Positions 61,093 through 64,000 of a stretch of DNA of 64,000 bases are shown here, piece after piece. Made by a program: the position numbers and the translations under genes. Where the stretch lies: positions 1 through 64,000 of the forward strand of contig NW_026782276.1 in assembly GCF_031769215.1 (NCBI RefSeq), written 5' to 3'. The notes below the pieces were generated by a model. That model did no database searches and had not been told where the DNA came from. It saw only the letters and a list, made by a program, of their open reading frames with translations. Position 1 is the stretch's first letter. Each line of letters begins with the position of its first letter. The DNA is from Ylistrum balloti (taxonomy: Eukaryota).

Positions 61093-62380
61093 TTGATTAA
61101 TTTTGAACTATTTGACAAAGATAAATAATTTTTATCAAAATGAACTGCGTTAAAATTGAACTTGATTTATTAAAAATTGACAGAATGAAATTTTATTACG
61201 ATATAAGGTTTACTGGGGGAAATTATGACTAAGTTGAGTGTCATCGATGAAGCAGAAGACGATTTCCCTTCCGGTACAGCTGATCTTATTACCCTTTTAT
61301 TGCTTTTTCACGGGTTTCATTGTAAATCTTTCTTCTGTACATATTTTGCTCAATAATTATTCTTATTTTTGACTCAGCATTTTGTTCTTCTATTATGTTT
61401 TTGTGATAAGTATAGAAACTCAAATTTTTTACACAGTGACTGTCTTTGTCAAAATTAAAATACAATAAACAAAGTTGATCAAACCTTGTATGCTATTTAT
61501 CATATCGTATGAATAGTTACACTTTCGAGGATATAAAAGTGGTCTTGACGTTCATCTAAAATTATATACATTTAGTTATTTGCAATAAAAATATATGCAA
61601 TTTATGAAACCATTACGCAAGTCATCATAGAGAGTTTTAGATTTGGTTTAGAAATGGAAAGGGTTGAACTTCTTGTTGTGGTGACCATATGGTAAAACAA
61701 AACATTCAGATAAGATACAGATAAGAACTGACTTAAACATAGTTTTAGAATGAAAAATAAAAAAACAAATTAATAAAATAGTATTACAGCAGCCATTTGG
61801 AAGGTATATGATAAAAAGAAATTAACAGATGTGTATAGGATATTTAATACCGCTCCTATTGCGTAACAGAATTGGAATTTATCCGTAACACAATACAGCT
61901 TAAGATCACTACTTGTCACACTCAATCATGTGTGAGTATGGAGTAGTGAAGGAAAAATGACCAGCTGTTTTGGACAGCACACGCCGATGTAAATCTTGGT
62001 TAACCATAGTCGGCAATGTCGCGTTCTCAAATGATAATGGTCTTGCGCTGGTCATAAAATACGGCACAATGTAGTATTCATTGTTATGTCTGCGTGGTTA
62101 TTACAAATTTGAAGAGTTGTAAAATCGAACGATTATTTCTGTAACGAACTTTCCATTATGAAAGCAAGGCTGAGTATCTGGTGGTAACTTTAATCATACA
62201 AGATCTATGAAACGAGTCTAAGACAATGCCATAGACGGACATTTCGGAACCATCTTAATTGAAACATTTCACGCTTATCTTATTTCGTTTTTTTTTTTTT
62301 TTTTGGGGGGGGGGGGAACAAATCCTTGAAATCGAATTAACTACGACATGTAAGCGTAGGCTAGGGATGTAGAGAAGTTG

Positions 62381-62605
62381 CTATTTAAACATGGCAAATG
62401 CGCAATACGGAAATAAATCGTACAGCTTGGTTGAATGCTGTCCATGTCCGTTACTGTGTAATAAAATATCAAGGCTAGCGACTGAGTATGTCCTGTCTTT
62501 GATTTCCAATTTTGGTGGATATGTACCATGGACATGGTCAATAAATTTCTTGTTATTTAAACAAAGGATGTCATTCATATATCTGAAGGTGAAACTGAAG
62601 GACAA
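62381..62605 (-). mobile_element. Penelope-like RT C-terminal fragment
   Basis: SFSFTFRYMNDIL.LNNKKF...YPPKLEIKD...LDI....TKLYD. Confidence 0.75.
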
Positions 62606-63029
62606 ATATATACCATTATATCATATCCAAGGTTTTCATGCAGCAAATACGCTAAAAACACTAAATTGATTTTTAGATCTGACATCAGCTACTCCCATTC
62701 CAGCAACAGCCATGATATTATAGGAATCCAATGAAAAGATATCATGGTCAAATCATAACCCCATTATTTCGAAATTAGTATTCCATCTTATAAAGAACAA
62801 AATGGAATTCCCTATAAACCGATATTTTCTAACGTTAGATTGAACGATTTCAAACGGCTCTTACAATATCTCCATAAATGACATACCAATCACATATATA
62901 AACAAATATACAGAAAGCTTCACACCAACATGTGTTAACATTGAATTTCGAAAAACCTAGGGAAATCTAAGAACAGAAAGCACAAACCTTGGTGGAATGA
63001 GACTGCACCATAACAAATCACATTTAATT

Positions 63030-63930
63030 TCGATTCTAATGGAAAAGTCTTCCAACAGAACTAACTGTTCCCCTCTGGTGGCCGAGTTATTTTTTTGTTT
63101 TCATACGTTGCTGAATTCATTAAAAAGCTTATCGAAAAAGGTCACGATGAACTTGCTAATTCGTTTAATTTCACTTTAAAATATAATGATGACGTCTTTT
63201 TTAAATAACAAGAAATGTATTGTAGATATCCACCAGAATAATTAGACATCAAGGAAACGACAGACTCTGCTACGTCAATCGCTCATCTCAATATTTTACT
63301 ACAACGCAACCACCATCAACAGCTTTTCACAAAGCTTTATGATAAACATTATGATTTTATTTCCCCTATTGGGAACTGCCCATTTCTTGATAGCAACTCT
63401 CCTGTATATCCAACCCATGGTATTTACTTGTTGCAGTTGATGCAATATTCAAGGACCTGCTCCCATTATCAAAGATTTAATACAAGATGTAGTCAACAGA
63501 CGTAAAACAGGTTTTCATAAGATGCAGGTGATTATGTAGGTCGAAAATTATTGAGAAATTTTACGGTCGTACAATGATGTCATTGAGAAATATTCCATGA
63601 TATCACTATGAGGACCACAAAACTACCCATAATTGTAATAATACTGCATCTTTTGAAACACGGTATTACATAAATAACAAACATTTAGCTTCATACATGT
63701 GTATAAACTTCATTATGATAATGCTAGGTTTGTGCAAATTCACAAAAAATAGCAGAGGAAATGTAACTCAAACGATTGATTATTACAATATATGTTAATT
63801 AACACCCTATATTAATACTTGTAATTGCCAAGTTCATCAATGCACAGTATTTGTTTAAATCGACACATTTTTAACTCATCTCATTATAAACTAAGGTATT
63901 ACTGAAGTACACAGATGGTATAGTTTTTAT
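63030..63930 (+). mobile_element. Penelope-like RT fragment plus 3' tail
   Basis: TNCSPLVAELF, LANSFNFTLKYNDDV, LDIKETTDSA, TKLYDKHYDF, HGIYLLQLMQYSRTC. Confidence 0.8.
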
Positions 63931-64000
63931 TCATATGTTACAATGTATCAATATTGCAAACTGGCTAACAGGCGTGTTAGATATTTATGTGACAATATTA

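Overview
This is AT-rich eukaryotic genomic DNA with GT-AG introns, most likely from a bivalve-type mollusc (inferred from the repeat families and gene content, not provable here). It holds four gene systems. (1) A six-exon SLC16/monocarboxylate-transporter gene on the minus strand (20941->9040), with an inverted, decayed partial copy at 1-1960. (2) A young, structurally complete Gmr1-like Ty3/Gypsy LTR retrotransposon in intron 3 of that gene, with the unusual PR-IN-RT-RH order, a tRNA-Leu PBS and a 5-bp TSD. (3) A cluster of three-exon YitH/holothin-acyltransferase-like GNAT genes: copy A (minus) and copy B (plus) form a ~12-kb head-to-head palindrome, copy C is a B/A mosaic, and two remnants lie between B and C. 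(4) A five-exon secreted gene with signal peptide, coiled coil, 38 collagen triplets and a C1q domain. Also present are a tentative six-micro-exon gene, a possible Mab-21/cGLR relic, remnants of ISL2EU, Tc1, L1/Tx1, Penelope-like, Helentron-like and tRNA-SINE elements, and 38-bp and 54-bp minisatellites. The strongest candidate for an undescribed system is the GNAT cluster. Its copies carry mitochondrial-type leaders and are nearly homogenised except for a sharply bounded ~47-residue hypervariable cassette over the acyl-CoA/substrate-binding motif. All alignments, splice models and counts were done by eye and need computational confirmation.
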